A DNA stretch of 55,846 bases, the filler included, from Catajapyx aquilonaris (Eukaryota), in NCBI GenBank assembly GCA_000934665.2. It is 3 parts of 3 records of this genome, joined end to end, with 100 filler letters (N's around TTAATTAATTAA, not from the genome) between each part and the next. Parts side by side here need not be neighbours in the genome. Positions count along the whole stretch, not along the records: positions 37,350 to 55,846 come from JYFJ02006678.1; 2 more parts are not named here. One strand, written 5' to 3'. The notes beneath the pieces were generated by a model, which was not told the DNA's origin, made no database searches, and saw nothing but the letters and a program-made list of their open reading frames with translations. How positions within the stretch are numbered: the stretch's first letter is position 1; the number at the start of each line of letters is the position of its first letter. The position numbers and the translations under genes are program-made. Of the stretch, positions 52,422 through 55,846 are shown piece by piece.

Positions 52422-53071
52422 ATTTAACACAAGCCAACCCATGCAGAGCCAGCACCCACGCAGAGATTGCTCATGAAGTGAAACAGTGGCTACGCCATGC
52501 AAGAGAGAGTGCCACCAGACAGCTAGAATGTACTAATCATACATAATGTAGCCAATGCTGCATTAAACGGAATGGAAAAAAAATGACGTAGTTTGATTTT
52601 CTTGTTCATTCTTTGGGTCATTTTTAGTGTACATTGTGAGGAAGAAAGTGCTTTGTCTACGACATATGCTGAGTGCAATTTACTGTATAATGGAGGTGCA
52701 CAATTGAAGGCAATTATTTGTCCCATGAACATCGATGTACATGAGACAAATAATTGTACTGGTAGTTGTACAGAACAACCTCTGAATAATGGTGGAAATT
52801 ACAACCTATAGTCGCAATCTGCAACATATGGGGTTGCAATATGCAACCTCATTGCAAGCTCCTAAAACAACCACAAGTTACATATTACAACACAAGGTTG
52901 TAAAGAACAACCTCTGAATGAGGTTGCCAGCTGCAACCTGTTGTAGTGTGTTGTCTGTGAAACAAAACAAGCTCCTGCAACCTCGTGAAAACAACCTATT
53001 TCCAACCTCCATACGACCTGGTCTTGCAACCTGCATACAACCTCACTACAACCTTAAAATTTCCGTAAGGG
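52422..53071 (+). mobile_element. Possible CACTA/CMC-type transposon remnant
   Basis: Exon-like 52422-52546 encodes EIAHEVKQWLRHARE, resembling the DUF4806/BEN-like C-terminus; many CAACC(T) subterminal repeats at 52775-53055; ends TTTCCGTAAGGG. Confidence 0.4.
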
Positions 53072-53599
53072 AACCTCCTGTCAACACCGCAGGGAGAGTT
53101 TGTAAACAGGATTGGCTGCGATATTCAGCACTGAACCCGGGAATATAGGTCGAGAATATCAAAAGAAATTGTCGGGAAGAATAATGAAATCAGTACTTGA
53201 TTCGTCTTTCTGCAGAGTTCCATGGATGTTCATAATAAAGGGGAGTTATGATTATGAGCAGTCACAAAACCTGGTCGGAAAGTGTGCATGTAATTTAGAT
53301 ACATGTGTGCGATGAGTGCATGCGAGTAGAGGCGGTAGAGGTTGTGAATTTCTGTTCGTACAATAAGTTATTGGGGGTTTTAAAAATTCAAAAGGAATTG
53401 GCATGTTGAGGCGGTGAGCAAATGCAATAATGCATGCAGAGTATTTCCCAGCCAATGCAATGCAAAGGTGGGATTTCAGACGGTTCGCAAGGTAGTACGG
53501 AATCGTGGATAACAGTTCAGAATCACGGACGGAGGAAAGGGGTGGGGTGTATGATTGGGGGATGGGCATCATCACTGGCTATAAGTCGGAAGCGATTTA

Positions 53600-53703
53600 A
53601 AATGCTGTGTCCGCCGCAGGCGTAGAAAAACGTGAGCGAAGCGAGCGGTTTTTTATACGCCTGTGCCATAGAAAAATTCGAGCGGAGCGAGTGTTTTTTC
53701 TAG
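53600..53703 (+). mobile_element. Helitron-like 3' end
   Basis: Two AGAAAAA..GAGCG(A/G)AGCGAG..TTTTTT hairpin units ending in CTAG|T at 53700-53704. Confidence 0.5.
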
Positions 53704-53954
53704 TACACCTTTAAAATGCAGAAAAAGTATGTAATGAAAAATTGAAGATTGTGCAGTAAATAATGTTACAGAATAGCATTGAATGACTGGCACCTCTCTT
53801 AGTTATTCTCCAACCCCAAAATGGCCAATCTGGCCCGGGTGACTGTGCCAGCAGGTGGCCATGCTCCTATACCTGACCTGCTGCACAGCGCATGCTCCAT
53901 AACCCAACCCGAACTAGTGCTGATTACAGCAATAATTAATTGTAACAAGAGGCA

Positions 53955-55702
53955 TTAAACTGACTATTTAAATGAGGGTTGTTGCGCTTAACATGTCGAA
54001 ATTTCAGCTATAATTGCATCATTACATGACCTGTGTCCTCTACCGGGCCATCATTGATAGCATTGTCTTCAAATTCAATGTTTCTGCTGGTACAAGGATG
54101 GTGGAACAATTGTCCATTCATATGCACTTGAGCAACACTGTGTGAATAAAAACCGTTTCTGACACCAGACAACAGCATCATTCGAAAATGAAATTCATCG
54201 TGTGCATCTTCCTGTTCCTGTTCACCGTCTCGGTTCACGTCTCCAGCACATATCACGGCGCATATCGACCAGGCATGTATCAATAAGTGTTATGTGATAA
54301 TAATAATAATAATTGCTGGAGACTCGGTCGCTGTGACAAACTGTTTGAATACTCCTGTTTCCTTTGCAGGTACTTGTTGGCCAGGCGAAACATACAAGGG
54401 AGACTCTTGCAACTATTGCACCTGCTGGAATGAGTATGACCCTCTGGTCGACACTTGCACGCTTCTACCTTGCGAATGAGACATTACATCTGCGACACGT
54501 AGCGTAAACAAGAATTAGATTGCACCATGTAATAACCACAGATTGTAATTACACTTTGATCACTTTGTCCGCAATGTGGATGTAATAATAATTGTGCGGT
54601 GTTGCATTAACTTACAATAAATAACATCACATGCAATTGGCTTATGTCAAGTATAAGAGCCATTCGCCGAATCAATTAGGAAACAGTCAGTGCCGTATTA
54701 CCAAATGGGCACACATTGGCGACCAAGGATCCGCTACGACCTGGACATGGAAGCCAAAAGCAGGAATACTACGTGATTACTATACACTCGGGATGAGGAG
54801 GAAGAGGACGAGAAAATGACGGAGTTCAAGGTGAGTCTGTTCCAGACAGACATGGTGGAGCAGCACCAGGTCATGAAGGACACCAAGAAGGTGTGGCCAG
54901 AAGAACCCAGGCCTAAGCGTCACAAGTTGATGAATAAGGCCAAGAAGAAGGCACCTTTCTGAGGGTACAGTATACAAGAACTGGATTATTTTGTTTCATT
55001 GCCTAGGCCAGTGCTTCCCAAACTGTGGGTTGCGAAAATAATATTTGGGGTCGCGAGGGAGGGTAACCAATTACTTTCACAAAATGATGCTATCTTTCTT
55101 GAAAATCATGATCATAAGGTAAGGTCATTTCTCTGTTTTACCTGCCTTTTCATGTTGGCATATCGAAATGTGCACATATACAGTATATAGCCTAGGGGGT
55201 CGCGAATTTTACGAGACAATTTTTTGGGGTCGCTTAAATCCCTGTATGCCAGTATAAGGACAAGTTTTCATAAGCATCACAGCATTATCACGATCTCTGT
55301 GAAAAATAATTATGACTCAAATGAATGCATGTTCTACACGGTGCGCATACAGCCCAAGACACTTCTATTGCCTGACACATCCCGTAAGATCGTTCGTTAA
55401 GTTTAAATTTCACGGCAACATTAATTTTGAAATTAAAAGTACAAGGCTGCAGGAAGGGAAGCATACTTACCAGGATATTTCATAGACTGGGTTTGGATTT
55501 TATTATCTGAGTCTTAATGAGGCTTCTCAGACATATTGATACCACTACACAAAGTGATCCTCTGAATATGCCAACATGATCTACGACCACAGAACTATTA
55601 TTGAGGAAAACGAAGGACTGACGGAATTTGCCTGGATCCTCTGTAGTTTTGAGGGGGGTTCCCCTCTCAGAGCAAGCTGAATATGGGATTGGTCACACTC
55701 TG
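53955..55702 (+). repeat. Duplicated block, copy 2 (parts a and b contiguous)
   Basis: Matches 40017-41290 and then directly 44087-44522, without the intervening 2.8 kb. Confidence 0.9.
54188..54479 (+). CDS. Secreted pacifastin-like serine protease inhibitor peptide, copy 2 (64 aa, six Cys)
   Basis: join(54188-54272, 54370-54479), phase-1 intron with a GC donor (AG|gcatgt); mature region GTCWPGETYKGDSCNYCTCWNEYDPLVDTCTLLPCE fits C-x10-C-N-x-C-x-C-x10-C-T-x3-C (pacifastin pattern, lacking the usual Gly); AATAAA near 54616. Confidence 0.78.
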
Positions 55703-55714
55703 TGACATAGAGTG

Positions 55715-55846
55715 TGACCTCAGACCTTGGGTCGTCTCTGGCTTCCTCTCGGGTGGCATTTCCTTAGACTAATCCACCCGGGGGAGTTCACAAAATGGCA
55801 TTAGCAACGACATTACACTGCACTTAGCACATCCCCTCCTGTCAAC
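55715..55846 (+). mobile_element. Diverged SINE family A body, cut by the window end
   Basis: CTCTGGCTTCCTCTCGGGTGG...CCACCCGGGGGAGTTCAC...GCACATCCCCTCCTGTCA aligns with about 18875-18990. Confidence 0.65.

Noticed and set aside
52775..53055. Regularly recurring CAACC motifs as a CRISPR-like array
   Set aside because: Motif is only 5-7 bp with irregular spacing in a eukaryotic context; better explained as transposon subterminal repeats.

Overview
Eukaryotic genomic DNA from an arthropod, inferred from the pacifastin genes and the insect/crustacean-type verprolin C-terminus. It is three pieces of about 18.5 kb joined by artificial 100-bp linkers (N44-TTAATTAATTAA-N44 at 18515-18614 and 37250-37349), so adjacency across the gaps is not evidence of linkage. 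Piece 1 (1-18514) holds two 5' coding exons of a DDX5/p68-like DEAD-box helicase separated by a 9.7-kb intron packed with foldback/MITE elements, tRNA-derived SINEs and a five-level nested insertion, plus pogo and hAT transposase remnants. Piece 2 (18615-37249) is a compact housekeeping block: complete INO80C/Ies6 (+), verprolin/WIP (-) and enolase (-), and the first exon of an ACAP/centaurin-beta gene (+). Piece 3 (37350-55846) is the most interesting: a locally duplicated region with two single-domain pacifastin-like secreted peptide genes flanking an intact but atypical secreted S1 serine protease and a decayed paralog. One peptide has lost exactly the Cys3/Cys5 disulfide pair, and the mature domains have diverged strongly while the signal peptides are identical. 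No CRISPR, rRNA or genuine tRNA genes were seen. All gene models were assembled by eye from splice signals and reading-frame continuity; no searches were run.
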